IMG/VR virus record: IMGVR_UViG_3300044712_001462
Location: 160,529 to 224,528 of that record
Length of the DNA stretch: 64,000 bases
Reading direction: 5' to 3' (one strand)
The notes under the pieces are model-generated. The model searched no databases. It worked only from the letters and a program-made list of their open reading frames with translations, and was not told where the DNA came from. Both the position numbers and the translations under genes were made by a program. How positions within the stretch are numbered: position 1 is the first letter of the stretch; each line of letters starts with the position of its first letter. Shown here in pieces: positions 30,001-38,858 of the stretch.

Positions 30001-31795
30001 CAGGCCCTGGGTGGTATCCTCCAGATCTACCCTGCATAGCACCACCGACAGCATTGAGGCCTAACATATTTTTATTAGCACCGGTCCACCAATTTAGCTT
30101 GTTTCCTAATTCGCTCATTACTGTACCGATTGGTCCGCCCATCCGAGCTAGACCACCACCCAGCAGCGCATACGGAGCCGTATTTAGAGCCTGTTGTGCT
30201 CCACCCATAGCCATGTTTGCACCAGTCCGCAATGCAGTATTCACCGCATCTTGTTTGAACGGCTCAGCCTCTTGCCGAATCTTGTTATATTCGTCACCAG
30301 TAGCAAGCGTCTGTGTGTTGTAGGCATGCTCTGGCCGTTGGGTATAATCCGCATTCATACGCGGATCCACAGAGTGACCCACATCTTTTAAACCCGACCG
30401 CACAGTCCGCAGACCCCACTCCCTGGCTTTATCCGCAAACTCATCCAAGCCAGCTACTGTTTCCGAATTAGGAGCCATCCATTTTAAAGGCTCAGTGACC
30501 AGCTGACCGGCCAAACCGCCTACATTTGCGAGAGCACCCGCGCCAGTAAAGGCCTCACCTTGAAAAGCCCTCCAGGCGTTTTCAGGTCCGCGAGTGTACG
30601 GACCCAGATAGTAATCCCAGCTACGCTGAGCCTGATGATCGTCTATAGCGCTTCGAGCAACACTCTGCCTATTCTGTTGGTCTTCGTAGTCCTGCTGGTA
30701 ATTATTCGCGTTGATACCTCTGGCTAGCCGCTCGTTTTGAGCAAGACCTGACTCTTGTACCTTAGCCCGTAACGCGTCCAGTCCAGGAATCGGAGGAGAT
30801 GCTGCCGCTTGACTTCCCATCGCACTCACCCTCGAGGGAGGAGGCGCTTGCTGGGGCATATCTCTGCGCAACGACTGCGTGAGTTGATCCGCAGCAGACA
30901 GTTGATTACCAGGAGCCGGTTGGCGAATCTGCAGGTCTTTTTCACCGCTCGGCGGCACATAACTGCCGCCAGTAGGATTCGGAACAGGGGCACCTTGAGT
31001 CGGCATGGGTGCTTGCAAAGCGGGATTAGCCGGAGGCACAGAAGGAGCTACAGGCGATGCCGGTGGCTGCTCGGGCGATGGGAGACCAGCTGGGTACTTA
31101 TCCCGTTGAGCCCAGGCAGAATCCACACCACGACCGTAAGAATCATTCTCATACCGAGCAAACGGATTCACCGCGGGATTACCCTGCGGGATATCTTGCT
31201 CCGACACTGGGACCAGCTCCACTGAGCTCTTAAACAAAAACCCACTCTTACCTACCGGTGGCATAATGCTATCCACCTTCTTGTTCCGAGCCACGTCCTC
31301 CAGGCTCACCTCGGGCCCGCGAGCATCTGGAGCGATCTTCCACTTCGGACGAACCTGACCAGAGGCCGCAACGCGCAAAGTACTCGCTAACTTCGTAGGT
31401 AACATCGGGGGAGCCATTCCGTGAGTTGTAACAGAGCCGGGAGTCTGTATTCCCTCTCTGTTCGCAGGTTGAGGATACTGAGGACTTGCTTTCAGAACGG
31501 TACGAGGTGGAACCTTTGAAGTAACAGGACCTTCACCAGGCATATAGATGGCCCCAGCTTTGTTCAGAAGCCCGGGCCCGCCAGGTATAGACGGTTTGTC
31601 CTGTTGGGTCTGCGGCTGCAGATGAGGAAACATCTTGGCTAAGAAAGGATGCACAGGACGACGCTGAACAGCGTTTTGACTCCCCATGCCCAAGACAGAA
31701 GCTGGACTAATCGTTGTCCTGGCCAACTGATCGTTAGAACCGACCGTCGGCATCCGCATGGGATCTTTAGCAAATCCAGCCATTGTGACTTCCAT
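27023..31795 (-). CDS. 1590-aa Pro/Gln/Gly/Ala/Met-rich, largely disordered protein; possible internal virion protein
   Basis: Long ORF with no Cys; internal repeats NPALQAP x3, MINDYAMQ x2, DDVA(K/R)G-type x4. Confidence 0.75.
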   Translation of the reverse strand: MEVTMAGFAKDPMRMPTVGSNDQLARTTISPASVLGMGSQNAVQRRPVHPFLAKMFPHLQPQTQQDKPSIPGGPGLLNKAGAIYMPGEGPVTSKVPPRTVLKASPQYPQPANREGIQTPGSVTTHGMAPPMLPTKLASTLRVAASGQVRPKWKIAPDARGPEVSLEDVARNKKVDSIMPPVGKSGFLFKSSVELVPVSEQDIPQGNPAVNPFARYENDSYGRGVDSAWAQRDKYPAGLPSPEQPPASPVAPSVPPANPALQAPMPTQGAPVPNPTGGSYVPPSGEKDLQIRQPAPGNQLSAADQLTQSLRRDMPQQAPPPSRVSAMGSQAAASPPIPGLDALRAKVQESGLAQNERLARGINANNYQQDYEDQQNRQSVARSAIDDHQAQRSWDYYLGPYTRGPENAWRAFQGEAFTGAGALANVGGLAGQLVTEPLKWMAPNSETVAGLDEFADKAREWGLRTVRSGLKDVGHSVDPRMNADYTQRPEHAYNTQTLATGDEYNKIRQEAEPFKQDAVNTALRTGANMAMGGAQQALNTAPYALLGGGLARMGGPIGTVMSELGNKLNWWTGANKNMLGLNAVGGAMQGRSGGYHPGPAFDREQQQGVIPQVVHDIANNTNPVSAKDYETGRSTKPWSAGALANQMAGQGPWDPNSPVGERKDLPSGTEMINDYAMQGAPQSGEGMINDYAMQAGPKPPANPALQAPVTPVLAQTPQAPQQPAGPPEWASRFQPQLDRARRAGNRSEVRRLERMQAQAPESVQPDQRPDYTKWNNPSFANSGQTQTVGGQPQQMTAPPAPAMQAPQAMGQANQLQPSGQNAPAQGSAAPGESPAAPIPRPAPSNPGYEGLSADEVSAKARAETEASLNAPVMPGGMSQQGQEAWGAQQRMNRNRANREAVDNQLSGGGTRLMGPNGMPMTAPGGGYLPNRAGGSGRQLNPVLGRDGRPVLRPDGSPMIAAAQKPEPQYSLSPAQISMREAMRQKYERAEAMRRSGSPTYSAGGQPASPGQAPQMQQSQELMANNPALQAPQTAGVRKPDPSQDVAGGNMLGGTNPGPVIRTPGMTPQQAPQMAGSGSSDPRGKMMQQTSGTLSQPDGKPYRYGYGPDGRIMEPVAAYMQDSQMRRKAGLPEQDARLAMTPEYSQAWNKSMAQPSPATGASLNPSMNQMAMPKNIQQTHGTFSPPGSGGNQMANPVGAVPKSPALAAPKSPFQTKLSSEKQAINPITIGKGLWTGVKSLAPRLLRQGVSSVDDVAKGVAGSADDVARGAAGMTDDVAKGVMNTADDAARAAANNAGAARPLASPQVPSGYRGSVVPHGPAGSPEALAGLNAARAAGTSSMTTQALPKAIPGAAQASGYFRSGVGRAGGALRQGAGTVIRNAAPAAKAMAPYGPVAASAGMMGTGLYMANNMRNDTLSRADAMGNKFMDQGQAMGESFLDRGQQMMDQGKQYVDERMKELPGQVQNSVQEGIRGAFPGAYAMSQSPVMQGLGTMLQGGGLTDLIKGLWQNGKSNVLSDYNRLAPQIGLSPRYRDPVPPSIARDGGEPNATSAMLGQLLAQNQDKDDDTMKNFWGQFYPQGGGGGELSRASMA

Positions 31796-31810
31796 GTCCT
31801 CGAGGCTTGG

Positions 31811-31852
31811 AAAAAGAGCGGACCCAACTGTGAGGAGGAGTTGAGTCCGCTC
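31811..31852 (-). terminator. Intrinsic terminator
   Basis: GAGCGGAC.CAACT/AGTTG.GTCCGCTC stem followed by T5. Confidence 0.7.
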
Positions 31853-31879
31853 CAGGGCCAGTAGGCGGGGAGCAAGCGC

Positions 31880-32254
31880 CTACTTAATGAACTCTTGACC
31901 AGCTTTCGTCAGAGAATAATAGCCGTAGCCTTCTCTCCAATCCCGATTAACCAGACCGTCTGCCACATACCCAGCCAGAACTGCTACAGCCTCTCGCCCA
32001 CAACCGGCTACACTCCGAAAAGTGGGAACGTTGATCGAGCGATACTCGTGGATAATCTTCAGGTGATCTGCCACGGTCATGTCGCCCGAATCCTGCACCG
32101 GCTCGGGTTCAGGCTCGGGCTTCTTCTCTACTGCGGATACCGGCTCTGGCGGTTTAACAACAGGTGCCTCCACCACAGGCTCAGAAACAGCATCTACACG
32201 CGTCTCACCAGGCAGAGGCTCGACAGCAAACGGTCTTTCAGGCTTCTTAGCCAT
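31880..32254 (-). CDS. Protein with C-terminal winged-helix-like domain
   Basis: P/E-rich linker, then ...LAGYVADGLV...YYSLTKAGQEFI (wHTH wing signature). Confidence 0.55.
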   Translation of the reverse strand: MAKKPERPFAVEPLPGETRVDAVSEPVVEAPVVKPPEPVSAVEKKPEPEPEPVQDSGDMTVADHLKIIHEYRSINVPTFRSVAGCGREAVAVLAGYVADGLVNRDWREGYGYYSLTKAGQEFIK

Positions 32255-33114
32255 TATTTCCCCTTCTTAGACTTCTTTTTCTTCTTACCACCACAGCCAG
32301 CTGTTTTGAGTTCTGGCTCGGCTCGATCTACTGCTTTACCCAGCAGGAGATTCGATACACCCTTACCCAATCCTTTACCTGCCATCATTCCACCAGCTGC
32401 ACCAACTCCGGTGCCAGCCAGTGCGCTGCCAATACCCGCAGCAGCAGCAAGACCTGGTTTATCTTTCAGCTTTTCAGCCAGTAAAGCACCGAGCACACTT
32501 CCTGCACCCAGACCACCTACCGCACCAACTCCCAAGCCTGCTCCAGCTCCTGCGCCAGGAAGCACACCTTGAGCCGCTCCGCGGATCTTCTGTTTATCAG
32601 GAGCCTGCCCAGCACCATAGGCTGCGCCCAGAACGGCACCGGTAGGCGCAAGGCTCGCGCCAGCACCTAGTGCACCTAAGCCTAAAGCTGCTCCACCGCC
32701 AGCCAACGCCGCACTCGCACCGTTTGAGCCCAGATACTTTTTGATCTTCTCGATAGTGGCCTGCAACTGACTAGGATCCGCAGCTTGCTTAACCGGAGAC
32801 TCTTCTGACATCTGTGGCTTCTTCTGCTTAGGCACTTTGACCTTACCCAGAGCACCCACCACGCTCTCGAAACGAGCATCATCCCAAGACCGACGTGTAA
32901 CTGCTTTCTTTTCGCCTTCCATGGCTTCTTTTCTCTCAGGTAAACCGGTGTGTTTGGTACTCGCAAAATGCTTGGCGTCAGTCTTACTGATCGACTGAGC
33001 GATGTCTGCAATATGTCCGGATGGTGCTTTGGCCTTACCCTGTTGGATAGCATGTACCCAACCGAATAGGCGCTGCTGGCTTCGACTGTGGGCTGGAATA
33101 GTTACACCCTCCAT
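32254..33114 (-). CDS. DUF3008-like N-terminal domain fused to a Gly/Ala-rich hydrophobic (glycine-zipper) region
   Basis: PAHSRSQQRLFG...DAKHFASTKHTGLPERK; GxxxG repeats; start uncertain. Confidence 0.65.
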   Translation of the reverse strand: MEGVTIPAHSRSQQRLFGWVHAIQQGKAKAPSGHIADIAQSISKTDAKHFASTKHTGLPERKEAMEGEKKAVTRRSWDDARFESVVGALGKVKVPKQKKPQMSEESPVKQAADPSQLQATIEKIKKYLGSNGASAALAGGGAALGLGALGAGASLAPTGAVLGAAYGAGQAPDKQKIRGAAQGVLPGAGAGAGLGVGAVGGLGAGSVLGALLAEKLKDKPGLAAAAGIGSALAGTGVGAAGGMMAGKGLGKGVSNLLLGKAVDRAEPELKTAGCGGKKKKKSKKGK

Positions 33115-33176
33115 GACCTGTCTACGGGGTCGTATCACTATAGTATGACCCATCTTAGACACAGCGCGCAAGCCGT

Positions 33177-33812
33177 TTAGATGTCCTCAAGCTCGCTGTC
33201 GTAGTAGTCGTCATCCTCGTCAGACAGCTCATCCAGAGACATTGCTGCTACATCGTCTACGTCTGACTCGCTCAACTTATCGCTCAGCAGATAAAGCCCA
33301 TCCGTCATCCCGTACTGGACAAAGAACTCCGCGATATCCCGTCCCATCTTTCTCCACATGGCCAGCAGGAAGCCGTCGATCGGAACACCCTCGCCTACCT
33401 CTACAGTACTAGGAAACGAGGTCGTCCTATCCTCCCAGCTAATATGAGCCGTCAATCCAACCGCCAGAGGTTTATGCTCTGGAGTCGGAAGCAGCGACAG
33501 AGAGATCATAGGCCAGTACGAATACAGCAGCGAAATGAAGGTAAAAGGATCCTTCAGCGCGGTTTCAAACTCATCGATCTCCTCAGAGTTGAGATCGTAG
33601 GTCGCCATCAGCTCTTCACGGTCTGGAAAGATCTCGTCCCGCTTCTGCAAATACTTGTAGAAGTCCTGCATCGAAACCGTCTTCGCATCGTCCGTGGTTT
33701 TGTCTGTATCTACCAGAAGCTGCCGAAACAGATGGAGAGACAAAGTGTAAGCTGGACTACTGCAGCGCAGATGCTCACGACCCATTGTGGACCTCTCGAT
33801 AATGCGCCTCAT
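33177..33812 (-). CDS. Hypothetical acidic protein
   Basis: ORF track; operon context. Confidence 0.65.
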   Translation of the reverse strand: MRRIIERSTMGREHLRCSSPAYTLSLHLFRQLLVDTDKTTDDAKTVSMQDFYKYLQKRDEIFPDREELMATYDLNSEEIDEFETALKDPFTFISLLYSYWPMISLSLLPTPEHKPLAVGLTAHISWEDRTTSFPSTVEVGEGVPIDGFLLAMWRKMGRDIAEFFVQYGMTDGLYLLSDKLSESDVDDVAAMSLDELSDEDDDYYDSELEDI

Positions 33813-34844
33813 ACCTCTTCAGGGCGGTATGTATTCCATCTAGCGCAGACTGCAGAGAGCTTGTCATGGAGATAAGCTGATCCAGCTTCTGCTCAAAACC
33901 ATACGGATCCACGGTGGGCAGAAAACAGCGATCAAGGAAATCCTCTTCTCGGAACAGCTGCTCTCGAATACGAGCAGTTGCCTGGAGCGGCTCTAAGAGC
34001 TGCTGACAGAACTGACAGAGACCTCCCTGGTCATCCGCTAATCCAGAGGAGATGACTGATCCGCATCCCATGCAAATCGCTGTGTCCATCTTTTACGCCT
34101 CGTCTTTAATCTCTGTAGCCGGAAACAGCACACGCATAGGATCGTTACGTGAGTACCACTCCACCATTTCCTGCTTTATTGCCCACAGAACCCGCTCAAA
34201 GCAATCAGCACAGATGTTGTCTGTCCCGCACTCCGGACAAGGCACACTAGCCATCTTGCACCTTGCTTACTTCACCAGTTCCAGAGCAGGCAAGACACGA
34301 CAAAGGATGCATCAGCCCCCAATCGTAATCCTCACCCCACTGACCCGTCCCACCACAAGACTTGCATTTAAACATCTCAGGCAGCTCACCCAATTCTCGG
34401 AGAGCCGCATGAATCTCCGGCGACTCCAGACAGTCGTCAAAGCACAGCTTGACCAAACTATTCCACATCCAACGCTGGTCCTGAACCGTAGCCTGGTAGC
34501 CAAAGGACAAGCTGTTGTAGATGTGCCTCAGCTCATTCGCGTCCATGTCATACCTTCATTGTGCCCGAGGTATCGATGTTGTTAATCGCATCGTACGCCG
34601 AAGCGCTTCCACCAGGCAGAACCAGGACGCGCACACCGTTCGTCAGAATCAGGCCATAGTTATCGTCAGCCGGATAAACACCTTGAATCCGGTTCTCTTC
34701 CAGGTGCTTCTTAGCAAAACGCAGGAACATCTCCGCCTTCTCGGCTTCTTTCTTACCCACATCTTCAATGCCTGGATTCAGCTCAGCCAGGTTGTCTACA
34801 AAAGCCCCTACCAAGTACTGCAGCAGATCTTGTTCTTCAGACAT
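33775..34844 (-). other. Small hypothetical ORFs (33775..34089 CxxC, 34247..34546 CxxCxGxG Zn-finger, 34548..34844)
   Basis: CMGC..CQFC; CKSCGGTG..CLACSGTG (DnaJ-type Zn motif). Confidence 0.6.
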
Positions 34845-34859
34845 TCGATCACCCCTAAC

Positions 34860-34878
34860 TCTCTAATAGCGATAACAC
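34860..34878. promoter_or_regulatory. Conserved intergenic box, copy 3 (TCTCTAATAGCGATAACAC)
   Basis: Identical 19-mer to copy 2. Confidence 0.7.
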
Positions 34879-34881
34879 AGA

Positions 34882-35283
34882 CTAACTGTAAACTTTGAAC
34901 TCGGTGTGCCCAGAAGGATGCATGATCTCGTTGATCTGAGCCTTCTTAGCGCTGCGACGGTCATTCAGGTACGGCACCAGCAGTGTCTGGAAAGTAAATG
35001 CCGCAGACTCGGGGCCCGCCCAAGTGCCATTGCGGATCATCCTCCGGATCGCATCCTCGACATCCCAGAGTTGGCTGTTGAGCTGCGACAATTCCCCATA
35101 CCAGCTCACCAATAACGTCTCTCCGTCAACCCTCAGCGCCATAGCCTTTTTCAGCTGGGTGGTCAGTTCATGAGATTCTTGAAGCAGCGCTTCTAACTTC
35201 TCTACGGGTAGCGACCCGGCATGACGCCTCTTCAGATCCATGATCGTCAGCCGATCAAGCATCTCCGCGAAGCTCGTCGGCAT
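34882..35283 (-). CDS. DUF6165-like protein
   Basis: SFAEMLDRLTI..LK...LNSQLWDVEDAIR...NDRRSAKKAQIN...EFKVY (family recalled); GAGG before ATG 35283. Confidence 0.65.
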   Translation of the reverse strand: MPTSFAEMLDRLTIMDLKRRHAGSLPVEKLEALLQESHELTTQLKKAMALRVDGETLLVSWYGELSQLNSQLWDVEDAIRRMIRNGTWAGPESAAFTFQTLLVPYLNDRRSAKKAQINEIMHPSGHTEFKVYS

Positions 35284-35488
35284 CCTCAACGACACTGGGC
35301 TCGGCGGCGGGCTTGGGCTTTTGTTTAAGCTTTCGTCCATACTCACCTGGGGACTGTCGGTTGTTGGGTCGAGTGCTGTAGAGGAGTCTGTTGATGTACT
35401 CACGATCCTTGTCCTTATCCAGTTTGAGATTAGCCCGACGACCGTACATAGCCGCCGCCTTTTCACCCAGCCATCTGATGACATCCAT
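35255..35488 (-). CDS. Hypothetical basic protein
   Basis: First ORF after the structured leader. Confidence 0.5.
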   Translation of the reverse strand: MDVIRWLGEKAAAMYGRRANLKLDKDKDREYINRLLYSTRPNNRQSPGEYGRKLKQKPKPAAEPSVVEDADELRGDA

Positions 35489-35533
35489 TTCTACAGTTCT
35501 CTCTTCTTGAGCGCGAGATTAACTCGCAATAGC

Positions 35534-35645
35534 TAAAAAAAAAGAAGGGCCAACCGTGTCCCAGGAATGGATCGCGGTCAGCCCCCTTTCTCGGTTTAGT
35601 TAGTTTGTGGATGCAAAAACATCTCATCCACAAACGTTCGTAGAA
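35534..35645 (-). ncRNA. Candidate ~110-nt structured small RNA or attenuator leader
   Basis: Follows a promoter-like element; perfect 11-bp hairpin (35603-35635), then a long terminator stem and T9. Confidence 0.4.
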
Positions 35646-35651
35646 TCATGT

Positions 35652-35680
35652 ATTATGCCGCAAAAAGGTCAGAAATTTAG
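35652..35680 (-). promoter_or_regulatory. Putative phage promoter, copy 2: CTAAAT-N17-CATAAT
   Basis: Same architecture as copy 1. Confidence 0.65.
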
Positions 35681-38592
35681 GCCGCAGCGGTAGCTGGTGA
35701 CGAGGCATTTGTGGGCCCGCCAAACTGCTGCTGCATGAGCATCGCGCCACCTTGCATTTTTGCTTGATTGCGAATCTGATTCATCTTGGCCTTAACGAGT
35801 GAGTGAAGTACCTCATTCTTCTTGGCCAATGCACGAAGCTCACTATCCTTGACCGGTTCCGGTAAGCCAAGGAGTTCTTGAGCCAGCGACTCAGCTGTCT
35901 GCAACATCTGCTCAGGAGTCTGAGGCATATTGCCACTCGCCATCAGTCCCGTCACTGGCGGAGGCGTCATAGGCATACCCGTCGCCGGATCAACTTGACC
36001 CTGACCGCCAGCCGCAGCAGGATCCGCAGGTTGACCAGCAGGCATACCAGGCTGAGCTGGCATCCCTTGAGCTACTTGCGCACCCATTGCGGACTGATCC
36101 ATCTGTTCTTGCATCTCTTGCTGAGCAGTCTGCTCGGCCATGGCTTCTTCCGATTGCGCCTTAAGCTCGTCTCTGTACTCCAGGCCCAGCGAACGCAGAC
36201 CAGTCGTACGACTTACCAATCCGGTTGTCATCAGTTCCAGCAGAGCCATGTGACGCTGCAGATCGTCTGCGTGAGTAACCCGCTTATGGACTGCTTTGAT
36301 CGACTCCCAGGAAAGAACTCGAGAGATGCGTTCGACGAGCCAATTTAGGAATCGGTTGTTATCGTGAACCAGGTGATGCCATGTCGCCTCAAACAAACGC
36401 AACGAAACCGGGGCCGTCTGCAACTGAAGCGTGCCTTTGTACAACTCTACCGGCGTACCAGCACCGTTGAGCAGAGTCTCCAAGCCCTGATCCAGCAACT
36501 CGCGGGGTGCTAAAGCAGCTGCATCACCGCCCAAAGCCTGATACTGAACAGGGAAGGGGAGTGTGGACCACGAGGCGGGATCTCTGCGGCGCTTACGGAT
36601 CATTGATCGAACTTGGCCCATAAAATCGCCGCCGTTCATCGATAGCAGGGGATCACTAGCCATCCCTCCACTACCTCCCTTTACCGCGGGAGTGATTAGA
36701 CGGAATGGAATTACATAATCCAGAGCAATCGCTTCGTTATACCGGTGGAGAACCTGAACATACCAAGCTTGCCGGAAGTTCGTGAGTAACCGGGTAATAC
36801 CCCAGCCTCGATTCTGTCGACCACCCAGAGTGGCTTCTTTCATGTGATGGATAACACCGGGATGGAACCGGAAAAGCTGATTCTTCTTAATCGCTTCCAT
36901 CACCTGCTGAGGACACCGCTCTAAATGAAACAGCGTTCCTTCCCGTACTTGGCGCTTGTAGTCCTCGGGGATCTTCCAGAGATATGCCACGTCATCCGTG
37001 AACTGGTCATGAAGGATCTCGATGTCGTGTGGCGACCAGTACTTGAGCTTCAAGGCATCTGGGCGATTATCAGGCTCATCCTTCAACTTCCAGGGTCCGC
37101 GGTAGCCTGAACCGGTTTTGCACTTGGGGCACGTCGCCGTAAAGCTGAAGTCATTGCTAAATTTGAATTTGAAGTCTGGGTTCTCGTAGACATTCTTCAG
37201 GACAACCTGAAGACCGCATTTCGGACAACACATAAACCGACGGAAAGGAACCTGCAACGACGTGAACGCATTACCATAGCAGTTGCCGGTTATCACAGCC
37301 TGCTCAACGACAAACGAGTGCGTTTCCATCTCCACACAGCAGAAAACGTCATCTGTTATGCCTGTGGGACGCGCTCCCTTAACGCGGATAAACTGGCCAT
37401 ACGAAGTTGGCTCGAAATTTCTCTCAAACTTCTCTCTATGTTTCTCCAGCAGGAAATCTTGAGGCAACATGAACCGCTTCAATAACGTCACATAGTACAT
37501 AGGGCCTGTATACGACTCCACAGACCCATCCGACCTAACAAAAGACGAGGTTCGCGTATGTTCTCGTACGGGTCCAGTACACATTCCTATTCTCGGCAGT
37601 TGCTCAACTATACGCTCGAGCGTTATGCGAGCACTCTGGGTCAAAAGTGCACAACCGTAAGTATCAACCGACCCATCGGCAGCCAGAAATCCGCAAACGA
37701 ACCCGTACCAGTAACTGGCACTTTTATCATTCTCTGGTAGATCCTTATACCTGGCCGGTAGGCCGTTCTTAACAGCCATCTCCTCCCGGGACGGTGGCCG
37801 AGTCACTTCAGAACCATACCCGTCGAAGTAGGGTAGTACCTCAATTTTATCCCCAAAGAAACAGGCCGCTGACTGACACCCTTCGTTATACCGAGTACCA
37901 TCTCCAAACACGAAACCGTGGCGTACACCTTCCCGGAATTCCTCATTCTGTTCGGGACGCGGCGCTACCGTGCGCTCAATCCGATGGCCATCAATCAGCT
38001 TTGTAGTGGGAATACGCACTAATTTGTTAGTACTATTCTTAACGATCCACTCATGCTCTGGTGTAGCCAGCACCGTTCTGCCGTCGCTAAACTCGACCTC
38101 CCACAGCGGCTGGCGTCCAAATGCCTTGAACGTTGCCGGACGATAAACTCCACCTTCGGAAAGCACATCAACTGTCTGACCCTCCAGATCGCGCAGTTTG
38201 AACACCCCGTTGCGTGTAACTGCCTTCACGTCACCGTGAAAGCACATACGATCCATGCCGCGTTCGAACAAAAACGGCATGACACCAATATTGGTAAACA
38301 GGTTCTGCCACTTCTCTTTCTCGTCGTCCCCCAGCGTATCTCGAGAGTCCGTGGCTCCGAAATCTACGTCTGTCAGGAAGTAGGCCACGATGCGCTGCAT
38401 GGCCATCTTGTAAGTCGACTGAGCCTCGAACACATACTCAGCCATCTTCAAAACGCTGCGGATATCCTCCGGCATCGAGAGACTGGCCATATCCAGCCAC
38501 GGGCTCGGAAACGCATCGGACCCCCTCGCGCTACTAGCCCAACCACCAGCCGGATCCATCTGCGAGCGCATTGTAAACAGACTCATATTCAT
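35677..38592 (-). CDS. Portal-like protein with intein and Zn-ribbon insertion
   Basis: After splicing reads RGMDRM-CYGNAF (portal-type GNAF motif); IHHMK...RGWGI; long Q/P/M-rich C-terminal tail. Confidence 0.6.
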   Translation of the reverse strand: MNMSLFTMRSQMDPAGGWASSARGSDAFPSPWLDMASLSMPEDIRSVLKMAEYVFEAQSTYKMAMQRIVAYFLTDVDFGATDSRDTLGDDEKEKWQNLFTNIGVMPFLFERGMDRMCFHGDVKAVTRNGVFKLRDLEGQTVDVLSEGGVYRPATFKAFGRQPLWEVEFSDGRTVLATPEHEWIVKNSTNKLVRIPTTKLIDGHRIERTVAPRPEQNEEFREGVRHGFVFGDGTRYNEGCQSAACFFGDKIEVLPYFDGYGSEVTRPPSREEMAVKNGLPARYKDLPENDKSASYWYGFVCGFLAADGSVDTYGCALLTQSARITLERIVEQLPRIGMCTGPVREHTRTSSFVRSDGSVESYTGPMYYVTLLKRFMLPQDFLLEKHREKFERNFEPTSYGQFIRVKGARPTGITDDVFCCVEMETHSFVVEQAVITGNCYGNAFTSLQVPFRRFMCCPKCGLQVVLKNVYENPDFKFKFSNDFSFTATCPKCKTGSGYRGPWKLKDEPDNRPDALKLKYWSPHDIEILHDQFTDDVAYLWKIPEDYKRQVREGTLFHLERCPQQVMEAIKKNQLFRFHPGVIHHMKEATLGGRQNRGWGITRLLTNFRQAWYVQVLHRYNEAIALDYVIPFRLITPAVKGGSGGMASDPLLSMNGGDFMGQVRSMIRKRRRDPASWSTLPFPVQYQALGGDAAALAPRELLDQGLETLLNGAGTPVELYKGTLQLQTAPVSLRLFEATWHHLVHDNNRFLNWLVERISRVLSWESIKAVHKRVTHADDLQRHMALLELMTTGLVSRTTGLRSLGLEYRDELKAQSEEAMAEQTAQQEMQEQMDQSAMGAQVAQGMPAQPGMPAGQPADPAAAGGQGQVDPATGMPMTPPPVTGLMASGNMPQTPEQMLQTAESLAQELLGLPEPVKDSELRALAKKNEVLHSLVKAKMNQIRNQAKMQGGAMLMQQQFGGPTNASSPATAAA
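37282..38244 (-). mobile_element. Intein (321 aa) with LAGLIDADG homing endonuclease
   Basis: Block A CFHGDV, block B ATPEHEW, HGFVFGDG and GFLAADG motifs, block F DVFC, C-terminal VITGN/C. Confidence 0.9.
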
Positions 38593-38603
38593 CCCTGACG
38601 CAT

Positions 38604-38631
38604 AAAAAAAGGCGATACCAGAGGCACCGCC
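38604..38631 (-). terminator. Intrinsic terminator
   Basis: GGCGGTGCC-TCT-GGTATCGCC stem (G-U pairs) followed by T7. Confidence 0.65.
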
Positions 38632-38663
38632 ATTATCCTGGAGAGGAGCTGCTCAGCGCAAAG

Positions 38664-38858
38664 TCAATTACGGCAGCAACCGCCGTCCCTGAAAGCTTTT
38701 AAAGCTTCTGCATTGTCCGATCGGCAGCAACAAGCAGCTTTATCCGCCAGCCGCTTACAAACATGCTCCTCCAGCTGGTCCGCCGAAGCGCACTTTGTTT
38801 CATCCTCGGGAGGGGTCACACCCTGTTCGATCGCACCTGTTTTTACCATTTCATCCAT
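38664..38858 (-). CDS. Small Cys-rich hypothetical protein
   Basis: GGAGG SD; overlaps upstream stop. Confidence 0.6.
   Translation of the reverse strand: MDEMVKTGAIEQGVTPPEDETKCASADQLEEHVCKRLADKAACCCRSDNAEALKAFRDGGCCRN

Noticed and set aside
27023-31795. Tape-measure protein call for the 1590-aa ORF
   Set aside because: Proline-rich and disordered, with no flanking tail tube or chaperone genes recognised.
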